From contig CAZZIU010000004.1 of the NCBI GenBank assembly GCA_964654545.1, positions 8,156 through 72,155 on the forward strand: a stretch of 64,000 nt of DNA. Reading direction: 5' to 3'. This document shows, one piece after another, positions 37,135-46,999 of this stretch (its first letter is position 1; every line of letters starts with the position of its first letter). Under the pieces are notes generated by a model, which saw only the letters and a program-made list of their open reading frames with translations, did no database searches and was not told the DNA's origin. Made by a program: the position numbers and the translations under genes. Source of the stretch: an uncultured bacterium (GTDB lineage: Bacteria > Fidelibacterota > Marinisomatia > Marinisomatales > JABMOV01).

Positions 37135-37791
37135 ATGCCAACAAATGTATATATAAACAATTACGAAAATAGCACTGAGCAAAGACTTGTTGAAGACCTT
37201 ATCATAGAAGCGATTAAGATGTATGGTATTGATGTGTTTTGGTTGCCCAGAACACAGGTCAACACCGATTCGCTATATGGTGAAGATCAGCTTTCTAAAT
37301 TTGAAAAGGCAATTCCATTAGAGTTTTATGTAAAAGACGTAGAAGGTTTTGGTGGTGAGCAACAGTTTTTGGGTCGATTTGGTATTCAGATCAGAAATGA
37401 AATGACTTTCACTGTATCACAGAGACGATTTTTAGATACAATTCATAGTTATGAGATGGATAGGACTCGACCATACGAAGGCGATTTAGTCTGGTATCCG
37501 TTAGCTGCACAGGGAACAGGTGCATTATTCGAGATTAAGTTCGTGAATAATGAGGCGCTGTTTTATCCTTTAGGATCTTTGCCTGTTTATGATTTGGTAT
37601 GTGAATCGTTTGTATATTCAAATGAAGTTATTAATACGGGCTTAGCTGATGTGGATCGAATATATACAGACGTAGCAAATAATTATTTGTCTGGCACGAC
37701 ATTGACTCGTCCTGGAGATGATAATGAGACGATTCAAGCTGAAGCGAATACTGTATTGATCACAACTGATAACGTCTTTGGAGATTGGTGA
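37135..37791 (+). CDS. g14: neck protein gp14
   Basis: The EQRLVEDLIIEAIKMYGIDVFWLPR block is typical of gp14. The g13-g14-g15 synteny is preserved. Confidence 0.8.
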   Translation: MPTNVYINNYENSTEQRLVEDLIIEAIKMYGIDVFWLPRTQVNTDSLYGEDQLSKFEKAIPLEFYVKDVEGFGGEQQFLGRFGIQIRNEMTFTVSQRRFLDTIHSYEMDRTRPYEGDLVWYPLAAQGTGALFEIKFVNNEALFYPLGSLPVYDLVCESFVYSNEVINTGLADVDRIYTDVANNYLSGTTLTRPGDDNETIQAEANTVLITTDNVFGDW

Positions 37792-38918
37792 TGTTAGGAA
37801 CTACGTTTTCACACGAAACAATAAGATCATATGTAGTTGCGTTCGGTACGTTGTTCAATTCTATTCAAATTTGGAGAAAAAATTCAGCTGGCACGAAAAC
37901 ACAAACAATTGATGTTCCTTTATCTTATGCTCCAAAAGAAAAGTGGTTAGCACGAATTGAACAAGATCCTTCATTGACGAATGATGCTGGAATTGTATTG
38001 CCTAGAATGTCTTATGAATTGGTATCAATGGTCTATGCAGCAGATCGTAAATTGAATACGATGCAGAAGACGACCTCTGCGGCAAATTCTTCAGATGATA
38101 AGCAATCATATGCTTGGTCTCCCGTGCCGTATGATTTCTTCTTTACTTTACATGTTTATGCACGAAATAATCGTGATGCCTCGATGATTGTGGAACAAAT
38201 TCTACCATTTTTTACTCCAGAATTTACAGTATCGATCAAAGAACTTACTGAATTGGATATCAATTTAGATGTTCCTATTATATTGAATACTATCAATAAA
38301 GAAGAAACTTATGAAGGAAGCTATGAGCAAATTCGATCAATTGTGTGGACGTTAGATTTTACTGTGAAAGGTGTTTTATACGGTCCAGTTCGCGATAGCA
38401 ATATCATCAAAAAAGCATATATTGATATGTATATTCCAACAGCAAGTGAAACGATTACTGGAAATGCAGTGCCCATTTCGGGTGGAACTACAACTCAAAT
38501 TCATTTAGCCAATACAGCATCGCTGATTGATAATTTTTATGTTGGAGGCACCTTAGATATTATTAATGGTGATGGTTCCGGAAGTCGCTCTGTTGTTCAA
38601 GATTATAGTGGAGTGGATCAGGTGGCCACACTTGGAACTGCTCTTAGTAAAGTCCCAGCAGCGAATACACAATACTCATTGACTTATATTAATCCATTGT
38701 ATGATACTGAGAGAATTGCCGATGGTCAATTGGCATCTAATAATACATCAGTTCATGCGAATACTGGAGTAATGAGTCGTATATACACTCAACCTGGTCT
38801 TACCTCTGACGGTCTTCCAACTACTAATCTTGCATTGTCTGTAGCTGTTTCTGAGATTAGTTCTAATTCGGATTATGGAATAATTCAAACAATTACTTTA
38901 TTTCCAAATACTGCATAA
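37791..38918 (+). CDS. g15: tail sheath stabiliser / tail completion protein gp15
   Basis: I prefer ATG 37791 (TGATG overlap) over the track's TTG at 37785. MLGTTFSHETIRSYVVAFGTLFNSIQIWRK...IDVPLSYAPKEKWLARI parallels T4 gp15 (MFGYFYNSSFRRYATLMGDLFSNIQIKRQ...VPITYASKEHF). Confidence 0.85.
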   Translation: MLGTTFSHETIRSYVVAFGTLFNSIQIWRKNSAGTKTQTIDVPLSYAPKEKWLARIEQDPSLTNDAGIVLPRMSYELVSMVYAADRKLNTMQKTTSAANSSDDKQSYAWSPVPYDFFFTLHVYARNNRDASMIVEQILPFFTPEFTVSIKELTELDINLDVPIILNTINKEETYEGSYEQIRSIVWTLDFTVKGVLYGPVRDSNIIKKAYIDMYIPTASETITGNAVPISGGTTTQIHLANTASLIDNFYVGGTLDIINGDGSGSRSVVQDYSGVDQVATLGTALSKVPAANTQYSLTYINPLYDTERIADGQLASNNTSVHANTGVMSRIYTQPGLTSDGLPTTNLALSVAVSEISSNSDYGIIQTITLFPNTA

Positions 38919-38931
38919 TAATGGGTGATTT

Positions 38932-39303
38932 ATGAGCGAAAAAACAGAAGTTCTTCCTGCACTAAAAGAAGAACCAGATGAAAAAGATGATTTGACTAAT
39001 GATTATGAATATTCCCGAGAAAATCTAAGAGAGCTTATTGGTAAAGGATCAGATGCTTTAGATGGAATTTTAGAGCTTGCTCAAGAAAGTGAACATCCTA
39101 GAGCATATGAAGTTGTTGGGCAAATCATTAAGAATGTTGCAGACGCAAACAAGCAGCTCATCGAATTGCAAAAAGACATGAAAGATATTAAAAAGCCAGA
39201 GAAGAGCGGACCAAACTCCGTAACCAATGCATTGTTTGTCGGTAGTACACATGAACTACAGAAATTTTTAAAAGGTAAGGTAGATACTGATGGCGACGGA
39301 TGA
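38932..39303 (+). CDS. g16: terminase small subunit gp16
   Basis: 123 aa, immediately upstream of and overlapping g17. The DALDGILELAQESEHPRAYEVVGQIIK block resembles T4-like gp16 (from memory). Confidence 0.65.
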   Translation: MSEKTEVLPALKEEPDEKDDLTNDYEYSRENLRELIGKGSDALDGILELAQESEHPRAYEVVGQIIKNVADANKQLIELQKDMKDIKKPEKSGPNSVTNALFVGSTHELQKFLKGKVDTDGDG

Positions 39304-40921
39304 TGCTGGATATTTAGGAAATCCATTATTAAAGCCTGCCGGTGCAACTACTGAGTGGACTGAAGATACAATTTCCGAATATGTGAAATGTTCCCAAGAT
39401 CCATTATACTTTGTTAAGACGTATGTCAAGATTGTTCATGTCGATCATGGTTTAGTGTCATTTGATCTGTATCCGTTTCAGGAAAAAATGATTGATTCAT
39501 TTCATGATAATCGATTTTCGATTGCCAAGCTGCCTAGACAGAGCGGAAAGACTACAACAGTCTGTGCATATTTCCTTTGGTATATTCTATTCAACGAAGA
39601 TGTCAACATTGCGATTCTTGCGAACAAAGGATCTCTTGCGAGAGATATTCTCGGTAGGCTGCAACTAGCATATGAGAATCTTCCCAAGTGGCTACAACAA
39701 GGAATTAAAGTTTGGAATCGAGGCGATATTCATCTTGAGAATGGATCGAAAGTCGTAGCTGCATCCACATCATCGAGCGCGGTTCGTGGTGGAACATATA
39801 ACATGATTCTATTAGACGAGTTTGCTTTTGTTCCAATGAACATTGCAGACGAGTTCTTCAGTTCTGTGTATCCCACAATTTCGTCTGGCGAAACAACTAA
39901 AGTAATTATCGTATCTACTCCATATGGAATGAATCACTTCTACAAGCTCTGGATGGATGCAGTAGACGGCAATAGCAATTACAATCCGATAGAAGTTCAG
40001 TGGAACGAGGTGCCTGGTCGGGACGAAGAGTGGAAGAAGATGACGATTCGGAACACTTCTGAAGATCAGTTTCGTCAAGAGTTCGAGTGTGAGTTTGTTG
40101 GTTCGATCAATACACTTATCAGCCCAACAAAGTTAAGAAGTATGCCGTTTATTGATCCGATTGAAGTTCGCAATAACTTGGATGTATACGAGCAACCGAT
40201 AGAGGGGCATATATATACTATTGTCGTAGATGTGTCACACGGCGAAGATTTGGATTACTCTGCATTTTCAATATTCGATTCTTCTGGGTTGCCCTATAAG
40301 CAAGTAGCCAAATATCGAAATAGTAGTATTTCGCCGATGCTATATCCATCAATCATATATGATGTGGCCACACATTACAATAATGCATGGGTGTTAGTTG
40401 AGATTAATGATGTCGGGCAACAGGTTTCTGACATATTGTACCATGATTTGGAATATGAAAACATGCTCATGCTTTCAGTTCGTGGTCGAGCTGGTCAGCA
40501 GTTGACGGGTGGATTTGGAACCGGAAAGTCTCAGGTCGGAATTAAGACTTCAAAGAAAATCAAGAGTATTGGCTGTCTGAATTTAAAGAATATGGTCGAA
40601 GGCGATAAGTTAATTGTTCAAGATTTTGACACTATATCCGAGTTAACATCATTTGTGGCTAAAGGATATGGCTATCAAGCGGACTCTGGCTATAATGACG
40701 ATTTGGTAATGACATTAGTGCTTTTTGGTTGGCTATGTCAACAAAGCTACTTTAGAGAATTGACCGATGTTGATCTGAGAAAAAAGATGCAGAGCGAACA
40801 ATTAGAAATCGAAGACCAGAGAATGCTTCCTTATGGTTTTGTAGATGATGGATCAGATGATACCGAATATGTAGACGATGATGGTCAACAGTGGGAAGTA
40901 GTCGATAGATGGATAACGTGA
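39290..40921 (+). CDS. g17: terminase large subunit gp17
   Basis: Motifs: Walker A LPRQSGKTT, Walker B MILLDEFAF, and a C-terminal nuclease region. Its size and position match T4-like gp17. Confidence 0.95.
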   Translation: MATDDAGYLGNPLLKPAGATTEWTEDTISEYVKCSQDPLYFVKTYVKIVHVDHGLVSFDLYPFQEKMIDSFHDNRFSIAKLPRQSGKTTTVCAYFLWYILFNEDVNIAILANKGSLARDILGRLQLAYENLPKWLQQGIKVWNRGDIHLENGSKVVAASTSSSAVRGGTYNMILLDEFAFVPMNIADEFFSSVYPTISSGETTKVIIVSTPYGMNHFYKLWMDAVDGNSNYNPIEVQWNEVPGRDEEWKKMTIRNTSEDQFRQEFECEFVGSINTLISPTKLRSMPFIDPIEVRNNLDVYEQPIEGHIYTIVVDVSHGEDLDYSAFSIFDSSGLPYKQVAKYRNSSISPMLYPSIIYDVATHYNNAWVLVEINDVGQQVSDILYHDLEYENMLMLSVRGRAGQQLTGGFGTGKSQVGIKTSKKIKSIGCLNLKNMVEGDKLIVQDFDTISELTSFVAKGYGYQADSGYNDDLVMTLVLFGWLCQQSYFRELTDVDLRKKMQSEQLEIEDQRMLPYGFVDDGSDDTEYVDDDGQQWEVVDRWIT

Positions 40922-40933
40922 AATCGTCTTATT

Positions 40934-40941
40934 TATAAATA
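40934..40941 (+). promoter_or_regulatory. T4-type late promoter TATAAATA
   Basis: Perfect octamer in the g17-g18 spacer, 62 nt upstream of ATG 41003. Confidence 0.6.
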
Positions 40942-41002
40942 TCATAGGAAGCTGATAGGGCTTAATAAATGAGATTTTATACTCGCATAGGGGAGAGAGC
41001 AG

Positions 41003-43006
41003 ATGGGCTTTAAATTATCACCAGGTGTTTATACGAGCGAGGTCGATGTTTCGACTATTATACCTGCTGTTGGAACTACAGAAGGAGCTACTGTTGGCTT
41101 TTTTACTTGGGGTCCAGGTAATCAGGCGACACTAGTCGATAGCCAAGAAACACTAAAAACTACTTTCGGTGCTCCCAATTCTCAGCCTTCTGGCGAGAAT
41201 TGGTGGGCTGCTGCAAATTTCCTTTCATACAGTACGAGACTTCATGTTGTTCGTGCTATTGGTACTGGATCGAATAATTCAATTTGGTCGCAGGGGGTAA
41301 ATTATTTCGCTAAAGTGGCAAACGATACGGAATATAGTGAAGGATATGTTGGAACTGCATTGACCAGTGTATACGGAAGTGGAGATACATTTATTGCTGC
41401 TCGATATCCTGGTGATTTTGGTAATAACCTTAGAATTGCGATTTGCGATTCTACAACTCAGTATGAAAATACTGCTACAGGTTTAACTGCTAGTGCTGGT
41501 ACTAACGCTGGAAATAGCACACCAACAATTTTACATGCGTCGGAGGAACTTTCTGTTGGTGATATCATTTCGTTCGTTGACAGTAATGATGAGTCTGCTG
41601 AGGCAACAGGAACATATCAGATTACAGCGGCTAGTTCAGCAACAGGTAAGGTTACGCTTGATCGACCACTTAGCGGTAAATTAATATCTTCGGATAAAGT
41701 AAGGCGCCAGTGGGAAGGATATTCAATAGCTGATTCGGCTCCTGGCACCTCTGAATATGCTAAGGCTCGTAGCATCACAAATGACGAATTTCATATTGCA
41801 GTTATTGATGATACTGGATTGGTTAGTGGAAGAAAAGGCACGATTCTTGAATCTTTTGCCTATGTATCTAAACTATCTGATGCGACAACAATAGATGGCG
41901 CTCCAAATTACTGGAAGACCGTACTTCAGAATCAATCCAATTGGATTTTAGCATCTAGTAATCCACCATCTGGATTGGTTAGTGGAACCACAGCTTGGGG
42001 AGTGACTGGAGCGGCTGCCTCTGGGACTGATATGGAGCAATTTGACAGACTAAGCACAGTTGCGAATACATTGGTTCAGGGAGCGACCACCGGAGAAAAT
42101 GATGCTGCACTTCAAAGTGCCTGGGATACACTAACTTCTGAAGATATTGAAGCTGGTATTGATTTTTCTCTTGCTTTTGTTGGTTCTGCTTCTGGAACGC
42201 TTGCCCGTTATGTGATTGATAATGTTGCAGAAGAGAGAAAAGATTGTGTAGTGTTTGTTTCGCCTGAAAAGACTGATGTTGTTAATCAAACATCAGCGGC
42301 TAAGATTACAGACAACATTATTGCTTTTAGAAACACCGACGCCGGCGGGCTACTTGCGATCAATAGTACATATGGTGTACTAGACTCTGGTTGGAAATAT
42401 CAGTATGATAAGTATAACCAGATCAATCGCTGGGTTCCGCTCAATGGAGATATTGCGGGTCTTTGTTCCCAGACTGATGGTGTGAGGGATCCTTGGTTCA
42501 GCCCTGCTGGTTTTCAAAGAGGCAATATCAAGAATGTAATCAAGCTCGCTTGGAATCCATCTCAGACGTATCGGGATAGATTGTATCAGAATCAGATCAA
42601 TCCAGTCGTTACCTTCCCTGGGCAGGGCACTGTTCTGTATGGCGACAAGACTTTGAGTACACGCCCAAGTGCGTTTGATCGAATTAATGTTCGACGTTTG
42701 TTTATTGCACTCGAAAAGTCGATTGCGATTGCTGCTCAGTATTCACTATTTGAGTTCAATGATGAATTCACTCGCGCACAGTTCCGAAACATGGTCGATC
42801 CTTTCCTACGAGAAATCGAAGGTAGACGAGGTATCACTGCTTTCCGAGTTGTGTGTGATGAGTCAAACAATACGTCAGAGATTATTGACCGAAATGAGTT
42901 TGTTGGCGACATTTATGTTCAGCCAGCAAGATCAATTAATTTCATTCAGTTGAATTTTGTTGCGACCCGAACTGGCGTTAATTTCGATGAAATTATACGA
43001 AGATAG
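41003..43006 (+). CDS. g18: tail sheath protein gp18
   Basis: Sheath-type N-terminus MGFKLSPGVYTSEVDVSTIIPAVGTTEGATVGFFTWGP and C-terminal INPVVTFPGQGTVLYGDKT. It has a strong GGGGAGAG SD. Confidence 0.9.
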   Translation: MGFKLSPGVYTSEVDVSTIIPAVGTTEGATVGFFTWGPGNQATLVDSQETLKTTFGAPNSQPSGENWWAAANFLSYSTRLHVVRAIGTGSNNSIWSQGVNYFAKVANDTEYSEGYVGTALTSVYGSGDTFIAARYPGDFGNNLRIAICDSTTQYENTATGLTASAGTNAGNSTPTILHASEELSVGDIISFVDSNDESAEATGTYQITAASSATGKVTLDRPLSGKLISSDKVRRQWEGYSIADSAPGTSEYAKARSITNDEFHIAVIDDTGLVSGRKGTILESFAYVSKLSDATTIDGAPNYWKTVLQNQSNWILASSNPPSGLVSGTTAWGVTGAAASGTDMEQFDRLSTVANTLVQGATTGENDAALQSAWDTLTSEDIEAGIDFSLAFVGSASGTLARYVIDNVAEERKDCVVFVSPEKTDVVNQTSAAKITDNIIAFRNTDAGGLLAINSTYGVLDSGWKYQYDKYNQINRWVPLNGDIAGLCSQTDGVRDPWFSPAGFQRGNIKNVIKLAWNPSQTYRDRLYQNQINPVVTFPGQGTVLYGDKTLSTRPSAFDRINVRRLFIALEKSIAIAAQYSLFEFNDEFTRAQFRNMVDPFLREIEGRRGITAFRVVCDESNNTSEIIDRNEFVGDIYVQPARSINFIQLNFVATRTGVNFDEIIRR

Positions 43007-43008
43007 AG

Positions 43009-43016
43009 TATAAATA
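43009..43016 (+). promoter_or_regulatory. T4-type late promoter TATAAATA
   Basis: Perfect octamer 27 nt upstream of ATG 43043. Confidence 0.65.
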
Positions 43017-43042
43017 TAAGGTACTTATAAAGGAGAATATTA

Positions 43043-43591
43043 ATGCCTTTTAACGTAAACGATGTCCGTCAGCAATTTTCGGCAGGTGGGGCCCGCCCTA
43101 ATCTATTTGAAGTTACCTTGCCCTTTCCGTCGATAGCTGGAACTGATTTTGGATCTGCCGGTGAGAAATTCACCTTTATGGCGCACGGTGCTCAAATTCC
43201 TGGTGCCGATTTTGGTGTGATTGAAGTTCCATATTTCGGTCGAACGGTAAAGATGCCTGGAAACAGAACATTTGTAGAATGGTCACCAACAATATATAAT
43301 GATGAAGACTTTGTGATTCGTAATGCACTAAACTCTTGGATGAGTGCAATGAATACGCATGTTGGAAATGTTAGACTCGACACAGCAATAACTAATGTCC
43401 AATATTGCACTAATGCAGATGTTGTACACTATTCTAAAGCAGGAGATATTATTGATCGAGTTACTTTAATCAATGTGTGGCCTTCTTCTCTCGCTCCAAT
43501 TGATCTCGATTGGGGAACAAACGATCAGCTAGAAGAGTTTACATGCACATTTCAGTATGATTATTGGGTGTCTACTTCAATCACAGAGTAG
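43043..43591 (+). CDS. g19: tail tube protein gp19
   Basis: VNDVRQQFSAGGARPNLFEVTLPFP parallels the T4 gp19 N-terminus (VDDVTRAFESGDFARPNLFQVEI). It lies directly after g18. Confidence 0.85.
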   Translation: MPFNVNDVRQQFSAGGARPNLFEVTLPFPSIAGTDFGSAGEKFTFMAHGAQIPGADFGVIEVPYFGRTVKMPGNRTFVEWSPTIYNDEDFVIRNALNSWMSAMNTHVGNVRLDTAITNVQYCTNADVVHYSKAGDIIDRVTLINVWPSSLAPIDLDWGTNDQLEEFTCTFQYDYWVSTSITE

Positions 43592-43607
43592 AATGGATTA
43601 ATATAGT

Positions 43608-45110
43608 ATGGCAGTTCGATTATTCGGATTTAAGATTGGAAGAGACTCCGATGAGGGGTCTCTTCCTTCTTTTACACCACCAGAGCAAACCGAAGGCGCA
43701 GTAGTTGTTGAAGGTTCTGGTTGGAATGCTGGTGGTGCGTATGGCCAGCAAATTGATTTAGCTGGTGCAGCAAAAACTGAAATTGATCTAATTAATCAAT
43801 ATAGAAATATGTCACTCTATCCAGAGTGCGAATATGCTATTGACGATATTACAAATGAGGCAATCATTTGCGAAGAGAATAAAAGCTCGGTGGCTGTTGT
43901 GTTAGACAATTTAAGGCAACCAGTATCAATTAAGAAAAAGATACAAGAAGAGTTCGACAACGTGATGCGAATGTTGGACTTCAATAATAGAGGCTACGAC
44001 ATATTCCGAAGATGGTATGTTGATGGTAGGCTTTATTATCATATGGTAATTGATGTTAAGAATCCTCGCTCTGGTATTCAAGAACTACGCCCAATCGATG
44101 CAAGAAAAATTAGACTTGTCAAAGAGGTGCAGAGAAATAATCAGGCTAATGCTGAAGGGCAATCAAGCCCGTTAGTGCAAAAAACTGTTGAATACTTTTT
44201 GTACAATCCAAATGGAATGATGAATGCGGGTTCACCTTCACAGGGATTAAAAGTATCAAAAGATAGTATTTCATATACGACTTCTGGATTGCTTGATACG
44301 AATAAAACTATGGTAATTGGACATTTGCACTCTTCCATTAAACCATTAAACCAATTACGCATGATTGAAGATGCATTGGTGATTTATCGTTTGTCGCGTG
44401 CTCCTGAAAGAAGAATTTTTTATGTAGATGTTGGAAATCTTCCTAAGGTTAAAGCAGAGCAATATCTTAAAGACATTATGACACGATTTAAAAATAAGCT
44501 CATCTATGATTCCTCAACAGGAACCATCACCGATGATCGTCACCATCGAACAATGTTAGAAGACTATTGGCTACCAAGAAGAGAAGGTGGTCGAGGCACT
44601 GAGGTTACTACTCTACCTGGTGGGCAAAATCTAGGTGAAATCGAAGACATCGAATATTTTCAGAAGAAGTTGTATAAGTCTCTAAAAATTCCAATTTCGA
44701 GACTTCAGCCTGATGATGGTTTTAGTCTTGGTCGATCTACTGAAATTTCGAGAGATGAGGTTAAGTTTTCTAAATTTATCACAAGATTGCGTCAACGATT
44801 TTCGATGTTATTCGCTGAGATACTACAGACTCAATTACGTTTGAAAGGTATTATTACAGAAGATGATTGGATTGAAATGAAAGATGAAATTCATTTCGAT
44901 TTTTTGAAGAATGTACATTTTGCCGAATTACAAGAAGCTGATGTCATGCGAAATAGACTCGAAATGTTGAGAGAGATTGATGAGTATAATGGTAAGTATT
45001 ATTCGACGGAATGGATCCGAAAAAACATTCTCATGCAAACTGATGATGATATAGAGACTATTGATAGGCAAATTAAAGAACAAGAACCAGAAGAAACAGA
45101 AGAACAATAG
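43608..45110 (+). CDS. g20: portal vertex protein gp20
   Basis: IFRRWYVDGRLYYHMVID...GIQELRPIDARKI and YWLPRREGGRGTEVTTLPGGQNLGEIEDIEYF are portal (gp20) signatures. Confidence 0.9.
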   Translation: MAVRLFGFKIGRDSDEGSLPSFTPPEQTEGAVVVEGSGWNAGGAYGQQIDLAGAAKTEIDLINQYRNMSLYPECEYAIDDITNEAIICEENKSSVAVVLDNLRQPVSIKKKIQEEFDNVMRMLDFNNRGYDIFRRWYVDGRLYYHMVIDVKNPRSGIQELRPIDARKIRLVKEVQRNNQANAEGQSSPLVQKTVEYFLYNPNGMMNAGSPSQGLKVSKDSISYTTSGLLDTNKTMVIGHLHSSIKPLNQLRMIEDALVIYRLSRAPERRIFYVDVGNLPKVKAEQYLKDIMTRFKNKLIYDSSTGTITDDRHHRTMLEDYWLPRREGGRGTEVTTLPGGQNLGEIEDIEYFQKKLYKSLKIPISRLQPDDGFSLGRSTEISRDEVKFSKFITRLRQRFSMLFAEILQTQLRLKGIITEDDWIEMKDEIHFDFLKNVHFAELQEADVMRNRLEMLREIDEYNGKYYSTEWIRKNILMQTDDDIETIDRQIKEQEPEETEEQ

Positions 45111-45125
45111 AGGGTATTCTTGTTT

Positions 45126-45133
45126 TATAAATA
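45126..45133 (+). promoter_or_regulatory. T4-type late promoter TATAAATA
   Basis: Perfect octamer 27 nt upstream of ATG 45160. Confidence 0.6.
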
Positions 45134-45159
45134 TTATGGAAACGATTGGAGAGATACTA

Positions 45160-45333
45160 ATGAGTAAGGTAATCGACGCAGTTATTAATTCGGATCCTAT
45201 TGATTTTAAGGATGAAATTTACAGCCAACTTGCAGGAAAAGTTGCAGCATCAATCGAAGTTCAGAAGCAAATCATTGCAAAAGATTTTATTCGCCCTTCT
45301 GCTTCTGACGAACCACAAATAGAGGAAGAATAA
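45160..45333 (+). CDS. small prohead-core-like protein (57 aa; occupies the g67 position)
   Basis: The track start at 45061 lies inside g20. ATG 45160 follows the late promoter and a GGAGAG SD. Function is inferred from its position between g20 and g21. Confidence 0.45.
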   Translation: MSKVIDAVINSDPIDFKDEIYSQLAGKVAASIEVQKQIIAKDFIRPSASDEPQIEEE

Positions 45334-46301
45334 TGCCTAAAACATATACCGAAATGAGAAAAGAGTTCTCCGAAGCCATCGATGATGACTTTGAAATCGA
45401 GTCGGAATATAATGACGAAGAGGAAGAGTCTGAAGTAGTAAATGCTATTGATCAGCTTCCTGGGGCAGGATCAAAGAAAGTCGATCTTCCCACTGATAAT
45501 TATGATCAGACTGGCGATGAGCTATCTGATATGCAGTACCAGGAAGTTGATGCTGTTCGACCAATTTATGTTCGTGGCGAGAATGGTGTATACACACACG
45601 CAAACGAAGAAGTTTCTGCGGCAGATAAGCTCAAGGCGCATCAGAAGGCCGGCGAGAAGTGGGCCAGAAAAGATGATAAGCGATGGGGATCTGGTAGTGA
45701 TCGCCGAAAAGGACCAGTCTATCAACCAAAGAGCGAGAAAGAGAAGCGTGAAAGAATTGCTCATGCCAAGCAAGAACTTAGGCTCCAAAAGCAGGCTGAC
45801 AGAGAAAAGACGAAGGTTTCTGCGGCAGATAAGCTCAAGGCGCATCAGAAGGCCGGCGAGAAGTGGGCCAGAAAAGATGATAAGCGATGGGGATCTGGTA
45901 GTGATCGCCGAAAAGGACCAGTCTATCAACCAAAGAGCGAGAAAGAGAAGCGTGAAAGAATTGCTCATGCCAAGCAAGAACTTAGGCTCCAAAAGCAGGC
46001 TGACAGAGAAAAGACGAAGGCAAAGCAAGCAAGGCAGCGCAATGAAGACGTTGAGCAGATTGAGGAGAATGTTCTTCATTGTATGCAAAAAGTGGCTAGC
46101 ACTAATCGCGACAGTAGATACCGATTCAATGATGGTAGCGTAACCAAGATTAGCGTTGATGCAGCCACCAAGATGTTACAGACTTTTGGTTCACTTAATC
46201 CTAAGAATCAGGGTCGATTCGCTCAGATGGCACAAGAGTCGAAAGATGGATTTAATCGTTTGTCCGAATTTGCACAAAATTACAAGCAGCAGGGGCAATA
46301 A
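45333..46301 (+). CDS. basic head-internal/prohead-core-like protein (322 aa) carrying a 68-aa perfect tandem duplication
   Basis: The start uses a TAATG overlap. The protein has an acidic N-terminus followed by Lys/Arg-rich repeats. It sits between g20 and g21, where T4 has core genes 67/68. Confidence 0.5.
   Translation: MPKTYTEMRKEFSEAIDDDFEIESEYNDEEEESEVVNAIDQLPGAGSKKVDLPTDNYDQTGDELSDMQYQEVDAVRPIYVRGENGVYTHANEEVSAADKLKAHQKAGEKWARKDDKRWGSGSDRRKGPVYQPKSEKEKRERIAHAKQELRLQKQADREKTKVSAADKLKAHQKAGEKWARKDDKRWGSGSDRRKGPVYQPKSEKEKRERIAHAKQELRLQKQADREKTKAKQARQRNEDVEQIEENVLHCMQKVASTNRDSRYRFNDGSVTKISVDAATKMLQTFGSLNPKNQGRFAQMAQESKDGFNRLSEFAQNYKQQGQ
45612..46019 (+). repeat. perfect 2 x 204-bp direct tandem duplication (in-frame, 68 codons per unit)
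   Basis: 45612-45815 and 45816-46019 read identically base for base (gtttctgcggcagataagctcaagg ... gacagagaaaagacgaag). Confidence 0.9.
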
Positions 46302-46304
46302 CAA

Positions 46305-46952
46305 ATGAAGCTCATTACCGAAACACTAGAAGATGTTCAGTATATTTTAGAAGAGTCAGATAATGGTAATAAAAACTATTATATCAAAGGCATCTTCATG
46401 CAGGCTGAACAGAAGAATCGAAACGGTCGAGTGTATCCCATTGGCACACTAAGAAATGAAGTGCAGCGATATAGTGATTCCTATGTAAAGAATAATCGTG
46501 CTTTTGGTGAGCTTGGACACCCAGATGGTCCTCAGATTAATCTAGAGCGCGTGTCTCATATGATCACGAGTCTAGAAGAAGATGGAAACAATTTTATTGG
46601 TAAAGCGAAAGTGATGGACACTCCTTATGGAAACATTGTTAAGAACCTAATGAAAGAAGGTGCAAAGCTAGGCGTATCTTCTCGTGGTATGGGGTCGTTA
46701 AAGTCACAAGCTGGTGCGAACGTAGTTCAGCCAGATTTTTATCTTGCAACAGCAGCAGATGTTGTTGCGGATCCTTCTGCTCCGAATGCTTTTGTTGAAG
46801 GTATCATGGAAGGCAAAGAGTGGATTTGGAACAATGGTGTTTTACAGGAAAGGCTGATCGATTCCTATCAAAAAGAGATCGAAAAGACTTCCAGTAAAGA
46901 TTTAGAGAGAAAGAAACTCGAATTATTTGAAGAGTTCCTTTCAAAATTATAA
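46305..46952 (+). CDS. g21: prohead core protease gp21
   Basis: RNGRVYP...AFGELGHPDGPQINLERVSHMI...GVSSRGMGS is the T4 gp21 (peptidase U9) signature. Confidence 0.9.
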   Translation: MKLITETLEDVQYILEESDNGNKNYYIKGIFMQAEQKNRNGRVYPIGTLRNEVQRYSDSYVKNNRAFGELGHPDGPQINLERVSHMITSLEEDGNNFIGKAKVMDTPYGNIVKNLMKEGAKLGVSSRGMGSLKSQAGANVVQPDFYLATAADVVADPSAPNAFVEGIMEGKEWIWNNGVLQERLIDSYQKEIEKTSSKDLERKKLELFEEFLSKL

Positions 46953-46955
46953 ATA
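46948..46955 (+). promoter_or_regulatory. T4-type late promoter TATAAATA
   Basis: Perfect octamer overlapping the g21 stop, 45 nt upstream of ATG 47000. Confidence 0.6.
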
Positions 46956-46999
46956 GATAAATAGTAGTTAGAAATCAATCCTATAGGAGATTTGAAAAA

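Noticed and set aside
45612-46019. Tandem repeat considered as a CRISPR array or minisatellite
   Set aside because: It has only two units, no spacers, and lies entirely inside an ORF and in frame. It is a gene-internal duplication.
45442-46143. 233-aa plus-strand and 188-aa minus-strand (45522..46088) alternative-frame ORFs
   Set aside because: Both are long only because the 204-bp tandem duplication repeats a stop-free stretch. Both are internally duplicated and fully overlapped by the better-supported 45333..46301 frame.
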